Origin: an uncultured Pelagibacteraceae bacterium
Lineage (GTDB): Bacteria; Pseudomonadota; Alphaproteobacteria; Pelagibacterales; AG-422-B15
NCBI GenBank assembly: GCA_902564025.1
Contig: CACEZK010000005.1
Span: 562-64,561 of the forward strand
Direction: 5' to 3'
Length of the DNA: 64,000 nt
Shown here: positions 40,978 through 50,827 of the stretch, in pieces
Position numbering within the stretch: the stretch's first letter is position 1
Layout: every line of letters starts with the position of its first letter
The notes under the pieces: model-generated
What the model was told of the DNA's origin: nothing
The model's input: only the letters and a program-made list of their open reading frames with translations
Database searches by the model: none
Translations under genes and position numbers: made by a program

Positions 40978-41600
40978 TAAGTTATTGATTTTATTATATT
41001 TTTTAATTCCAAAATAAAAGAACCTTTTTCTTTTTCATTTTCGTGCAATACATGAGTAAAATTCCAACATTTAGTAGCTTGCACAATCTCTTCATCTATA
41101 TGTACACCTTTATGCAGAAGCAATGTAGTGTTTTTTTTGCATATATTATAACTAATTGATAATAAATGGTTTAATTGACTGACTGCTCTTGCTAAAATGA
41201 TATCAAATTTTTTATTTTCAATTTTTTCAGCTTTGATGGGAATCACTTCAGTGTTTTTGAGATCTAGTTTAACAATACATTTATTAAGAAATGATACTCT
41301 TTTAGATCTATTCTCGCATAAAAAAACCTTATTTTTTGAGCCAAATAATAACGAAACTGGTATACCCGGAAGGCCAGGACCACTTCCAATATCAATAATA
41401 TGATTTCCACTGTTAGTTATAAATTGAGCTAATCTCAGAGAATCATAAAAATGTCTTGTCCAAATAAAATTCCTATCATTCTTTGATATTAAATTTTGGT
41501 TTTCTGCCAAAATCATTTCCCTAAATTCAGCCAATTTTTCAATTGTTTCACGTGAAACATTTGGCAAGAGCTCTTTTAGAGCATCAGGCGAATCAATCAT
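40977..41600 (-). CDS. rsmG: 16S rRNA m7G527 methyltransferase
   Basis: RHFYDS, DIGSGPGLPG, ARA; mnmG-rsmG-parA synteny. Confidence 0.93.
   Translation of the reverse strand: MIDSPDALKELLPNVSRETIEKLAEFREMILAENQNLISKNDRNFIWTRHFYDSLRLAQFITNSGNHIIDIGSGPGLPGIPVSLLFGSKNKVFLCENRSKRVSFLNKCIVKLDLKNTEVIPIKAEKIENKKFDIILARAVSQLNHLLSISYNICKKNTTLLLHKGVHIDEEIVQATKCWNFTHVLHENEKEKGSFILELKNIIKSIT
41544..41559. promoter_or_regulatory. parS: parS centromere site inside rsmG
   Basis: Perfect palindrome TGTTTCACGTGAAACA matching the canonical parS consensus, under 1.5 kb from parAB. Confidence 0.93.
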
Positions 41601-41610
41601 TATTTAGATA

Positions 41611-43479
41611 TTAAGCTAATTTTTGAGATTTAGCTTTGGTTTTAATATACGATAAAATAACACTAAGAGCTGCAGGTGTAACACCATCAATTCTTGACGC
41701 TTGAGATAAGTTTTTAGGCTTAATTTTTGTAAGTTTTTCAATAATTTCTGTTGATAAACTGGGAATTAATTCGTAATTAAGATTAGTGGGAATTTCAACT
41801 TTTTCTTCTTTAGTAAGTGAAATGATCTCACTTTCTTGCTTTTTAAGATAACCTTTGTAATGAGCCTCTGTTGTTATTTGATCAAGAATTTCACTACTAT
41901 ATTTTTTAAGGTTTAAATCAAAGATCTCATCTATTTTATCAACATCGATGTTAGGGTAAGCTAGTAAGTCAAAAGCTGATCTTTTTTTGCCATCTTGATT
42001 AATTTGAACTCCAATTTTTGAAAGTGCATTAGGCGTAACATATTGATTTTGTACAATTTTATTTACTTTGTCTAGTTCAACTTTTTTAGCTAAATATTTT
42101 TGATATCTATCAGCGTCAACTAACCCTAAATTATAGCCAATTTCAGTTAATCGTAGATCTGCATTATCTGCTCGCAATAAAAGTCTGTATTCTGCTCTAG
42201 AAGTGAACATTCTATAGGGTTCGGTAACCCCCTTTAGGGTTAGGTCGTCAATCATTACTCCTATATATGAATCGTTTCTTGAAAAAATATGTTCTTTATT
42301 ACTTAGGGAGATTGCAGCATTCAAACCTGCTACAAGTCCTTGCGCTGCAGCTTCCTCGTAACCCGTTGTTCCATTTATTTGCCCAGCAAGATACAAACCT
42401 TTTATTTTTTTGGTTTCCAACGTTTGATAAAGTTCTTGAGGGTCAATAAAATCATATTCAATAGCGTAGCCATGCCTTACTATTTTTGCATTCTCTAAAC
42501 CATTGATTTTACTTATAAATTCGTCCTGAACATCAGGTGGAAGTGAAGTTGAGATACCATTTGGATATATCAAATCACTATCCAGTCCTTCTGGTTCTAA
42601 AAAAATTTGATGTCTCAATTTATCTGCAAATTTAACTACTTTGTCCTCTAGTGAAGGGCAATATCTTGGCCCTGTACCGCTAATTTGACCTGAGTAAATA
42701 GCTGATTTTGTTATGTTTTTTTGGATTATATTGTGAACGACCTCGTTTGTATAAGTCATGTGGCACGGTAATTGTTCATTATGAGTTTTTGTGGTTAAGA
42801 ATGAAAAGTAAGAGTGCTCATCGTCAGCTTCCTGTTTTTCAAGTTTAGAAAAGTCTATTGTATTTTTATCCAATCTGGCGGGTGTCCCGGTTTTTAGACG
42901 GCCAATATTAAAACCAGTTTTATAGAGTGAATTCGCAAGTCCTATTGAGGGTGAGTCACCGTGTCTTCCAGCTGGAATAGTTTTATCTCCCAAATGAATT
43001 AAGCCATTCAAAAATGTCCCAGTTGTAATAATGACTTTCTTAGTCGATATTTTTTTACCACTCGCACAAGTCACGCCTGCAATTTGTTTGTTGGTGTCAA
43101 AAATTAAATCTTCAACTGGATCAAATAAAAGATCTAGATTTTCTGTATTTTGTATCTCTTCTTGCATATGTTTTTTATAGAGCTTTCTATCTGATTGAGC
43201 TCTTGGTCCTCTTACTGCAGGGCCTTTGGTTCTATTTAATAATCTGTATTGAATACTTGATAAATCGGCTATACGCCCCATTATTCCATCCAGTGCATCG
43301 ATTTCCCTTACTAAGTGACCTTTACCAAGACCGCCAATGGCTGGATTACAAGACATTTCACCAATAGTATCAAATTTATGGCTGATTAAGAGGGTTTTTG
43401 CACCAACACGTGCAGATGTAGTCGCAGCTTCACAACCCGCATGTCCTCCTCCAACTACTACAACATCATAATTAATCAT
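41611..43479 (-). CDS. mnmG: tRNA uridine-5-carboxymethylaminomethyl(34) enzyme MnmG
   Basis: GGGHAG, MSCNPAIGG, RLKTGTP, GPRYCPS, AGQINGTTGYEEAA. Confidence 0.98.
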   Translation of the reverse strand: MINYDVVVVGGGHAGCEAATTSARVGAKTLLISHKFDTIGEMSCNPAIGGLGKGHLVREIDALDGIMGRIADLSSIQYRLLNRTKGPAVRGPRAQSDRKLYKKHMQEEIQNTENLDLLFDPVEDLIFDTNKQIAGVTCASGKKISTKKVIITTGTFLNGLIHLGDKTIPAGRHGDSPSIGLANSLYKTGFNIGRLKTGTPARLDKNTIDFSKLEKQEADDEHSYFSFLTTKTHNEQLPCHMTYTNEVVHNIIQKNITKSAIYSGQISGTGPRYCPSLEDKVVKFADKLRHQIFLEPEGLDSDLIYPNGISTSLPPDVQDEFISKINGLENAKIVRHGYAIEYDFIDPQELYQTLETKKIKGLYLAGQINGTTGYEEAAAQGLVAGLNAAISLSNKEHIFSRNDSYIGVMIDDLTLKGVTEPYRMFTSRAEYRLLLRADNADLRLTEIGYNLGLVDADRYQKYLAKKVELDKVNKIVQNQYVTPNALSKIGVQINQDGKKRSAFDLLAYPNIDVDKIDEIFDLNLKKYSSEILDQITTEAHYKGYLKKQESEIISLTKEEKVEIPTNLNYELIPSLSTEIIEKLTKIKPKNLSQASRIDGVTPAALSVILSYIKTKAKSQKLA

Positions 43480-43527
43480 GAATAAGTTAATTAAATTAAC
43501 TTAGACTAATTGCAATCAATTATTTTT

Positions 43528-44823
43528 TTATTTACCGATACAAAAATCTTTAAAAATAACTTCTAAATATTCCTCAACATCAACATGACCGGTTATTTTT
43601 CCGATTTCTTGAATGGCTAATCTTAGCTCCTCAACCATAAGTTCAGAATTAACTTTTAAATCGATACTTCTTGCACTTAGTAAACTTTGTACAGAATTTT
43701 GAACACCTAGGATATATCGAGTCTTTGTTGGTATTGTATCGGTGTAACTTATGAATTTATTTGATACTTGCTCAGCAATTTTATTGATTAAATTATCAAT
43801 ACCGCTTCCATTTGAAACTGAAATATTAATACAGCCTTCTTTTTTGAAATTATTGTGTAAGTCACATTTATTTAGAACCGTAAGTCGATCTTGATGTAAC
43901 TCAACATTATTTGGATCATCAAATAATTCCAAAACTAAATTAGCTTCTTTAATTTTACTTTGAGTTATTTCAATTCCTTTTTTTTCGACCTCGTCCTCAG
44001 TATCTCTTAAGCCCGCAGTATCTGTTAAAATGACTGGAAATCCAGCAATATTTAGCCTTACTTCAATTGCATCTCTAGTCGTACCCTCCCTATCAGACAC
44101 AATTGCAACATCACGATTAGCAAGTGAGTTTATCAAACTTGATTTACCAACGTTTGGGGATCCAATGATAGCGACTTTATAACCGTCTCTTAATATTTCT
44201 CCTTGATTACGTTGTTTTAAATGTTCATTCATTTCACCTAAAAGTTTTTCAATTTTTGAATTGATATTGTTAAGAACGTTTTCAGGAATATCTTCATCTG
44301 CAAAATCTATGTCCGCTTCGAGATAAGCAACTAACTCTATTAGAGACTTTCTCCATGATAAATATAATTTATTCAGTGAGCCTTTCATTTGAGACAAAGC
44401 TTGATTATGTTGAATTTCAGTTTGCGCATTAATTAAATCACCCATGGCTTCAATTGCAGTAAGATCCATTTTGTTGTTCACAAATGCTCTTTTTGAAAAT
44501 TCGCCAGGTTGTGCCAGCCTTAACTGGTCAATATTAGAAAGTGATTTGAGTAAAAGCTGAACAGTTGTATGGCCGCCATGAATGTGGAACTCAACAACAT
44601 CTTCACCTGTGAAACTTTTTGGTTTTGAGAAAAACACAGCAAGACCTTTGTCAATTAAATTACCGCTTTCTGGATCATAAAATTCTGACTTAGTTAAGAC
44701 GTTTGGATCGAAGTGACTCTTTCTAGAAATGCTTTTAAGAGCTGTGAGCGCTAGATGTCCTGAGACTCTTACAACCGCTAACCCCGCAACACCGCTGGCA
44801 GTAGATAGTGCAAAAATTGTCAT
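43528..44823 (-). CDS. mnmE: tRNA modification GTPase MnmE
   Basis: SFTGED, GSPNVGKSS, GTTRD, DTAG, NKCD, FCIGK. Confidence 0.97.
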   Translation of the reverse strand: MTIFALSTASGVAGLAVVRVSGHLALTALKSISRKSHFDPNVLTKSEFYDPESGNLIDKGLAVFFSKPKSFTGEDVVEFHIHGGHTTVQLLLKSLSNIDQLRLAQPGEFSKRAFVNNKMDLTAIEAMGDLINAQTEIQHNQALSQMKGSLNKLYLSWRKSLIELVAYLEADIDFADEDIPENVLNNINSKIEKLLGEMNEHLKQRNQGEILRDGYKVAIIGSPNVGKSSLINSLANRDVAIVSDREGTTRDAIEVRLNIAGFPVILTDTAGLRDTEDEVEKKGIEITQSKIKEANLVLELFDDPNNVELHQDRLTVLNKCDLHNNFKKEGCINISVSNGSGIDNLINKIAEQVSNKFISYTDTIPTKTRYILGVQNSVQSLLSARSIDLKVNSELMVEELRLAIQEIGKITGHVDVEEYLEVIFKDFCIGK

Positions 44824-45140
44824 TTTTTTATTTGGAGGTTTTCAGGGATACGGTCATTAATAAGATGTTCATTGATTATTTGGTCCACATCTTCTTCTGT
44901 TTTACACGAGTACCAAACATTGTCTGGATAGACAACAAGAGTAGGGCCAAATTCACAATGATCTAAACAGCCTGACGCGTTTATTCTTATTTTCTTATCG
45001 GATACTAATTCTTTTGTTTTTTTCTTCATATAGGCTCGCAGCACTGTTGAATTTTTAGAAGCGCAACAACCTTTTGGATGACCATCGGGTCTTTGATTGG
45101 TACAGAAAAATACGTGTCTTTCGAAAAATTTGTTAGTCAT
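44820..45140 (-). CDS. thioredoxin-like [2Fe-2S] ferredoxin
   Basis: HVFFCTNQR...GCC...GCLDHCEFGP..VVYP. Confidence 0.92.
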   Translation of the reverse strand: MTNKFFERHVFFCTNQRPDGHPKGCCASKNSTVLRAYMKKKTKELVSDKKIRINASGCLDHCEFGPTLVVYPDNVWYSCKTEEDVDQIINEHLINDRIPENLQIKK

Positions 45141-45170
45141 AAGGTTAAAAAATTATAGTATCTTATATAT

Positions 45171-45626
45171 ATGAGCAGCTACGTTTTCAAATCAATCATT
45201 GGCAATATTGAGCTTGTCTCAAGCAAAAATAGAATAATCGCAGTTCATAGAACAAGGAAAAAACCTAACAAAACAGAGGATAAGCTTCTGAAAAGATCTG
45301 CGCTTCAAATTAAAATGTATCTTGCGCGCAAAAGACAATCACTTAATTTTCCAACAAAACAAATAGGTACAAAATTTCAAAACCGTGTTTGGAATTATTT
45401 ACGCAAAATACCTTATGGTAGAACAACAACATATGGTGACATTGCAAGGAAATTAAGAACATCACCACGAGCTGTTGGGGGCGCCTTAGGAAAAAATAAT
45501 CTTATGATGACAGTTCCATGTCACAGAGTAGTTGGAAGTAACGGCAAACTCACAGGATTTACATCAGTGGGTGGATTAAGTACCAAAAAAAATTTACTAA
45601 ACATTGAACAAAAAACTAAAAAATAA
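45171..45626 (+). CDS. ogt: methylated-DNA--protein-cysteine methyltransferase
   Basis: GTKFQNRVW, IPYG, RAVG, PCHRV active site. Confidence 0.93.
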   Translation: MSSYVFKSIIGNIELVSSKNRIIAVHRTRKKPNKTEDKLLKRSALQIKMYLARKRQSLNFPTKQIGTKFQNRVWNYLRKIPYGRTTTYGDIARKLRTSPRAVGGALGKNNLMMTVPCHRVVGSNGKLTGFTSVGGLSTKKNLLNIEQKTKK

Positions 45627-46143
45627 ACTTAAGAAGAAAATAAGGGTAATTCCTGATTTCCCTAAAAAAGGTATTCTATTTCAAGACATAACCTCCATAA
45701 CAGACAATAAGATACTTTTCAAAGAGGTCATCAATGAAATCTCGAAGTATGTAAAAAAGAATAAATTTACAAAAATTGCTGCTGTAGAGGCCCGTGGATT
45801 TATATTTGGATCCGCAATTTCTTTCAAAACTGAGATACCATTCGTTCCTATTAGAAAAAAAGGGAAACTTCCTGGAAAAGTACTTAAGCAAAAATACAAG
45901 CTAGAGTATGGAAGTGACGAAATACAAATTCATAAAAACTCTATCCATGAAAAAGATAAGGTTCTGATTATTGATGACTTGATTGCAACTGGAGGAACAG
46001 CATTTGCATCAGCAAACTTAATTAACAAGTGTAAGGTTAAGTATATTGAGTTTTACTTTTTGATTGATCTTAAAAATATTGGAGGCTCAAAAAAATTAGG
46101 AAAGAAATATAAAGTGTCTTCAATCCTAGAAGCTGAAGGTTGA
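45604..46143 (+). CDS. apt: adenine phosphoribosyltransferase
   Basis: PDFPKKGILFQDI, EARGF, RKKGKLP, LEYG, IIDDLIATGGT. Confidence 0.96.
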   Translation: MNKKLKNKLKKKIRVIPDFPKKGILFQDITSITDNKILFKEVINEISKYVKKNKFTKIAAVEARGFIFGSAISFKTEIPFVPIRKKGKLPGKVLKQKYKLEYGSDEIQIHKNSIHEKDKVLIIDDLIATGGTAFASANLINKCKVKYIEFYFLIDLKNIGGSKKLGKKYKVSSILEAEG

Positions 46144-47076
46144 TTATTCAAATTCCATTGAGAATTGTGTATCGCCAAACAAAATCGACGTAACGAACCA
46201 TCCACCACCTCCCGTAGGCACGAATGTAAATCTTGCAGCGTAATCAGGTGAGTACTTATACGTAACTGTACTTGTTTGGTCGGTAATCGTAACAGGGCTT
46301 GAAAATTTATCTTTGATAATTAATCTAGAGGCGTCACTATATGTGCTTGCAAGTTCGCCGCTGTCATTGAGCAAGAAAGTTGAACGATAATTGCCGTTGT
46401 GAGATAATGGTGTGTTATTTACCAGCGTGTTAAGGAATTCGGTCGTTGAAAGAGAATTGTATGTAAAGCTGTAAGTATTGAAGGATGACTGTGATTCAGA
46501 AAATGCTTCTGTAAAGCCAAAATAAGTGCCGCTAAGAAAATCTTCCATAGTCATGTTACGATTACCTCCACCAATAAATCTAGATGCAGGGGGAAAACTC
46601 CAACCTGTTCCCTCGCTATTGCCACCGATCATCAATGTCTCGTCAAATTCAAGTTCCACATTAATTGGAACTGTAGTTGCAATTTCCGCATAAGCTGCTG
46701 TATAGGTGCCTGAAGGAGGTAATGTAGCAGGAAAGCTGGTCTCAGATGATTTTGTTACACCGAAAGAGATGGAGTTATCTCCCTCCGCAGTGTTCCAGAC
46801 ATAATAACAGGGGTCAGTTGTAGAGTTACCCCTTATGAAATCATCTGGATCAGAAGTACACATTGCAAGCTTATAAAATGTTAAACTAAAACTATCGACC
46901 GGTGCATCACACGTTATCGCACCGCCAGGGTTAGTACCAATATTTCCAAGTTCTGATACATCAATCTTACCATCTACCATAGGACAGTTTTCAAAACCAT
47001 TAACAGCGTAGAGATTTACACTGAATGTTAAGAAGTAAAATAGAAATGCAAATGTGAGGAATAATTTTTTTTGCAT
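46144..47076 (-). CDS. secreted beta-rich hypothetical protein with 4 Cys (putative partner of the adjacent beta-barrel)
   Basis: Sec signal ending LYA; Ser/Thr/Gly/Phe-rich; start 1 nt after the upstream gene's stop; no family recognised. Confidence 0.8.
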   Translation of the reverse strand: MQKKLFLTFAFLFYFLTFSVNLYAVNGFENCPMVDGKIDVSELGNIGTNPGGAITCDAPVDSFSLTFYKLAMCTSDPDDFIRGNSTTDPCYYVWNTAEGDNSISFGVTKSSETSFPATLPPSGTYTAAYAEIATTVPINVELEFDETLMIGGNSEGTGWSFPPASRFIGGGNRNMTMEDFLSGTYFGFTEAFSESQSSFNTYSFTYNSLSTTEFLNTLVNNTPLSHNGNYRSTFLLNDSGELASTYSDASRLIIKDKFSSPVTITDQTSTVTYKYSPDYAARFTFVPTGGGGWFVTSILFGDTQFSMEFE

Positions 47077-47077
47077 T

Positions 47078-47971
47078 TTAATATCCTACTATTCTAACCG
47101 TTCCGGTTCGGTTTGTTTGTTTTTTTATTTTATTTTCTCTTCTGACCTTTTCATATTTTCGCTCGCCTACATCGCTAAAACTGTAAAGTGTGTAAGGAAC
47201 AGAAGAATACATTTTTGCCAATTCACTTAATGGTTGGTTTTTATTGCTCTTAAATTCAAAGAGATTTACATTGAGTGTGACAAATTCTTCATCACGTGCT
47301 AATTGATCAAAGCTGGTTTTGCCAAATTCTAGCGTCATGCCGAGAGGAAATTTACTTTTTAGACTGTAAGTCTCACCCTCAAGATCTCTGGAACTGTTTA
47401 TACCGTTCCATGAAAAGACTTCAGCATAGAATTTTGACCTGGGCAGATAAGGAAGTGGAAATGCAATTTGTGCATCATATCCATCAAGAGTATATTCTCT
47501 CAAACCGTCTACTACTACATAGTCCGTTACAGCATCATAATAATTTAAATGTATGTCTCCAAGACTTGTGAGAAAATCTGCTCCGATACCAAAACGTTCG
47601 TGAGAATTGTCTAAATCTAGATCATAAAATAAATTATACCCCATGATTAACTTATTTTCATAAAGGCTGTGCCTTTGCACCAAACCAATATTTAACATTT
47701 CTATATCTGCTTGGGTTGAAAGGTGGCCCTGAATAAAAGTATTTCTATTATTTTGGTCATATAAAGGTAGGATTGTACTTATACCGTATGACGGCTTGCC
47801 TTTGTAAAAGCCTGAGAGGTCAACTTCAATATTTTCAAAAATATCATTCACTGCTAATTCAGCTTTTTCCTCAGCCGTTTCAGCTACTTTTTTTAAAAGC
47901 GTGTTTGCAACCTCACTTCCAAAAGCAATGGATGAACAAAAAAGTGTAATAATGAATAGGACTCGTTTCAT
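47078..47971 (-). CDS. inverse autotransporter (intimin/invasin-type) beta-barrel domain protein without passenger
   Basis: Signal peptide; NIGLVQR, MGYNLFYD, HERFGIG, NYY, GYD, LPYLP, and linker RKYEKVRRENKI (compare invasin RYDLVxRNNxI); ends about 15 aa later. Confidence 0.85.
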   Translation of the reverse strand: MKRVLFIITLFCSSIAFGSEVANTLLKKVAETAEEKAELAVNDIFENIEVDLSGFYKGKPSYGISTILPLYDQNNRNTFIQGHLSTQADIEMLNIGLVQRHSLYENKLIMGYNLFYDLDLDNSHERFGIGADFLTSLGDIHLNYYDAVTDYVVVDGLREYTLDGYDAQIAFPLPYLPRSKFYAEVFSWNGINSSRDLEGETYSLKSKFPLGMTLEFGKTSFDQLARDEEFVTLNVNLFEFKSNKNQPLSELAKMYSSVPYTLYSFSDVGERKYEKVRRENKIKKQTNRTGTVRIVGY

Positions 47972-48024
47972 TGGTTATGTAGAATAATTATGGACTGAAA
48001 AATTTATAATACTAAATTTTAATA

Positions 48025-49290
48025 CTATTTATTCATTGATTGAAAGAAATCTGCGTTGTCTTTTGTTTCTTTTAATTTGCCAAGCAAAAATTCGATGGAG
48101 TCCATTGTTCCCATTGGGTTGAGTATACGTCTAAGGACATACATTTTTTGAAGCTCGTCTTTATCAAGTAGTATTTCTTCTTTTCGTGTACCGGACTTAG
48201 TAATATCAATTGCAGGATATATTCTCTTATCAGCAACTTTTCTGTCCAATATAATTTCTGAGTTACCAGTACCTTTAAATTCTTCAAAAATTACCTCATC
48301 CATTCTACTTCCTGTATCAATCAAAGCAGTTGAAATAATGGTTAATGAGCCGCCATCTTCAATGTTTCTTGCTGCTCCAAAAAATCTCTTTGGCCTCTGT
48401 AAAGCGTTTGCATCAACACCACCTGTTAAAACTTTTCCTGAACTTGGAACAACCGTGTTGTAGGCACGACCCAGTCGAGTTATAGAATCTAAGAGAATCA
48501 CAACATCCTTCTTATGCTCCACTAATCTTTTTGCTTTATTGATAACCATCTCTGCGACTTGTACGTGACGCGATGCAGGCTCATCAAATGTTGAGCTGAC
48601 AACCTCTCCTTTTACAGAACGTTGCATGTCAGTAACTTCCTCTGGCCTCTCATCAATTAACAAAACCATCAAATAACATTCTGGATGATTATCAGTAATT
48701 GAATGTGCAATATTTTGCAGTAGGACTGTTTTGCCTGTTCTTGGTGGTGAAACAATGAGCGCTCTTTGACCTTTACCAATTGGTGCAACCAAATCAATTA
48801 CTCTTGAGCTTTGATCGCTTGCTGGTTTTTCTGTTTCTAATCTGATTTGCTCATCAGGATAAAGAGGTGTCAGGTTATCAAAGTTAATTTTGTTTCTACT
48901 TTTTTCGGTTGCTTCGTAGTTAATTGTATCAATTTTTAATAATGCAAAATAACGTTCACCGTCCTTTGGTGCTCTAATCGGACCTTCAACAGTGTCTCCT
49001 GATCTTAATCCAAATCTTTTAATTTGACTTGGACTTACATAAATATCATCTGGACCCGGAAGATAATTAGCCTCCATTGATCTTAAAAAACCAAACCCAT
49101 CCTGTAAAACTTCTAAAACTCCTTCACCGTCAATATCTTTGCTGTCACTCGCAAGAGTTTTCAGTATTTCAAACAGCATATCTTGTGTTCGCATTGAACT
49201 GGCATTTTCAACGCCAAGTTCCTCCGCATAAACAAGAAGTTCTTGTGGAGTTTTTTTCTTAAGGTCTCTTAATTTTAAGTTTTTAGCCAT
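48025..49290 (-). CDS. rho: transcription termination factor Rho
   Basis: [43 protein letters not shown]. Confidence 0.98.
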   Translation of the reverse strand: MAKNLKLRDLKKKTPQELLVYAEELGVENASSMRTQDMLFEILKTLASDSKDIDGEGVLEVLQDGFGFLRSMEANYLPGPDDIYVSPSQIKRFGLRSGDTVEGPIRAPKDGERYFALLKIDTINYEATEKSRNKINFDNLTPLYPDEQIRLETEKPASDQSSRVIDLVAPIGKGQRALIVSPPRTGKTVLLQNIAHSITDNHPECYLMVLLIDERPEEVTDMQRSVKGEVVSSTFDEPASRHVQVAEMVINKAKRLVEHKKDVVILLDSITRLGRAYNTVVPSSGKVLTGGVDANALQRPKRFFGAARNIEDGGSLTIISTALIDTGSRMDEVIFEEFKGTGNSEIILDRKVADKRIYPAIDITKSGTRKEEILLDKDELQKMYVLRRILNPMGTMDSIEFLLGKLKETKDNADFFQSMNK

Positions 49291-49367
49291 TCGTATTAAT
49301 GATGATGATAATGTGGAAAATAGTTTGGAAGATGCTTTCTAACCGTAATCGCTAAATATAGCAAGTT

Positions 49368-49811
49368 TTATATTGGTTTGAAAACAACCAGAAATACCAC
49401 AATTATCATCAAAACCGTTGGAAATTCATTGATAATTCTAAAAAAACGCTCTGATTTTGGTCTTTTATCCTCTTGAAACTCTCTTGTTAATTTTGAGAGA
49501 TACCCATGAACTCCAGACATGAGAATCACAAATATGATTTTTAATTGAAGCCATAATTGAAACAGCGCATCAATACCCAAATTTGATATCAACGCTAAAC
49601 CAAACAACCATGAAAATATCATTGCTGGATTCATAATAATTTTGAGTAAACGTAATTCCATTAATTTAAAAGTCTCTGACGACTCAGACCCCACCTCTTT
49701 ACTCCAATGATAAACAAATAATCTTGGCAAATATAATAAACCCGCCATCCAAGCTATCACACTGATGATGTGTAAACTAAGAAATAAATTATATAAAAAA
49801 ATTGAATTCAT
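49368..49811 (-). CDS. hemJ: protoporphyrinogen oxidase HemJ
   Basis: HIISVIAWMAGLLYLPRLFVYH, IMNPAM, INEFP. Confidence 0.95.
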   Translation of the reverse strand: MNSIFLYNLFLSLHIISVIAWMAGLLYLPRLFVYHWSKEVGSESSETFKLMELRLLKIIMNPAMIFSWLFGLALISNLGIDALFQLWLQLKIIFVILMSGVHGYLSKLTREFQEDKRPKSERFFRIINEFPTVLMIIVVFLVVFKPI

Positions 49812-50827
49812 CTTAATTCTTGATCACATTGTTTAAACGTTGCTGGACATATTTTTTGCCTGATATTACCACTCTCAATTTTCTCAGACTCACTAACTAT
49901 TTCAGATAAGCTTTCTATAAATGTTTGATCAATATTTAAAGACTCAGATCTATAATAATGCTCACAGCCTAATTCACTTGCAAGTTCTTGGTACTCGATA
50001 TCTAATTCAACGAGTGTTTCAGAGTGATCCGAGACAAACGCAATTGGAACAATAACCAGCGCCCTATCTTCGCTAATTGCATTTTCAATTTCACTTGGTG
50101 TTGTTGGTTCAAGCCATTTAACTGGGGTAACTTTACTTTGATAAGCCAAAACATGATCTTCATAACCATGGATGCCCTGCGTGACCGCCTTAACTGTTTG
50201 CTCCACTTGCCACTGATATGGATCACCTTTTTTAATGATTGATACGGGTAAACTGTGAGCGGAGAACAGAACTCTTACTTTCTTATCTTTGACGTGGTTT
50301 ATTTTATCTTGGATCAGTTTTTGATGGGCTTTTATTAACTTCGCATCATATGGATAACAACAGGTGTATTTTGTTTTTGCATTTAATTCCTGTTTTTGGG
50401 CTTCCTTGAACCATGCGTCCAGAGAAGATTTTGTTGTTGTTGTGGAGTACTGTGGATACAGTGGCAGTAAAAATATTTTGTCTGGATTATAGTCTTTGAC
50501 TTTTGAAACGACCTCGGCTGTCATTGGATGCCAATATCTCATACAAACAAATACCTTGTTCTCGATGCCTTTGTTTTTTAAGTCTTTCTGTAGGGCTTCA
50601 GCTTGTGAGTTAGTAATTTCAAGAATGGGTGATTTGCCGCCAATTTCGGCATAAATTTCAGTAGCCTCTTTGGTGCGACGAGAAGATATAAGCTTTGCCA
50701 ATAAATACCTGAAGGGATTTGGAAGTCTAAATATATTGGGGTCATTAAACAGATTAAATAAAAAAGGCTTTACGCTTTCTTGTTTGTCTGGTCCGCCCAA
50801 GTTAAATAGAATTACCGCTGTTTTCAT
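49808..50827 (-). CDS. hemH: ferrochelatase
   Basis: NLGGP, IGGKSP, MRYWHP, LYPQYS, FSAHSLP, GDPY, FVSDHSETLVE. Confidence 0.96.
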   Translation of the reverse strand: MKTAVILFNLGGPDKQESVKPFLFNLFNDPNIFRLPNPFRYLLAKLISSRRTKEATEIYAEIGGKSPILEITNSQAEALQKDLKNKGIENKVFVCMRYWHPMTAEVVSKVKDYNPDKIFLLPLYPQYSTTTTKSSLDAWFKEAQKQELNAKTKYTCCYPYDAKLIKAHQKLIQDKINHVKDKKVRVLFSAHSLPVSIIKKGDPYQWQVEQTVKAVTQGIHGYEDHVLAYQSKVTPVKWLEPTTPSEIENAISEDRALVIVPIAFVSDHSETLVELDIEYQELASELGCEHYYRSESLNIDQTFIESLSEIVSESEKIESGNIRQKICPATFKQCDQELR

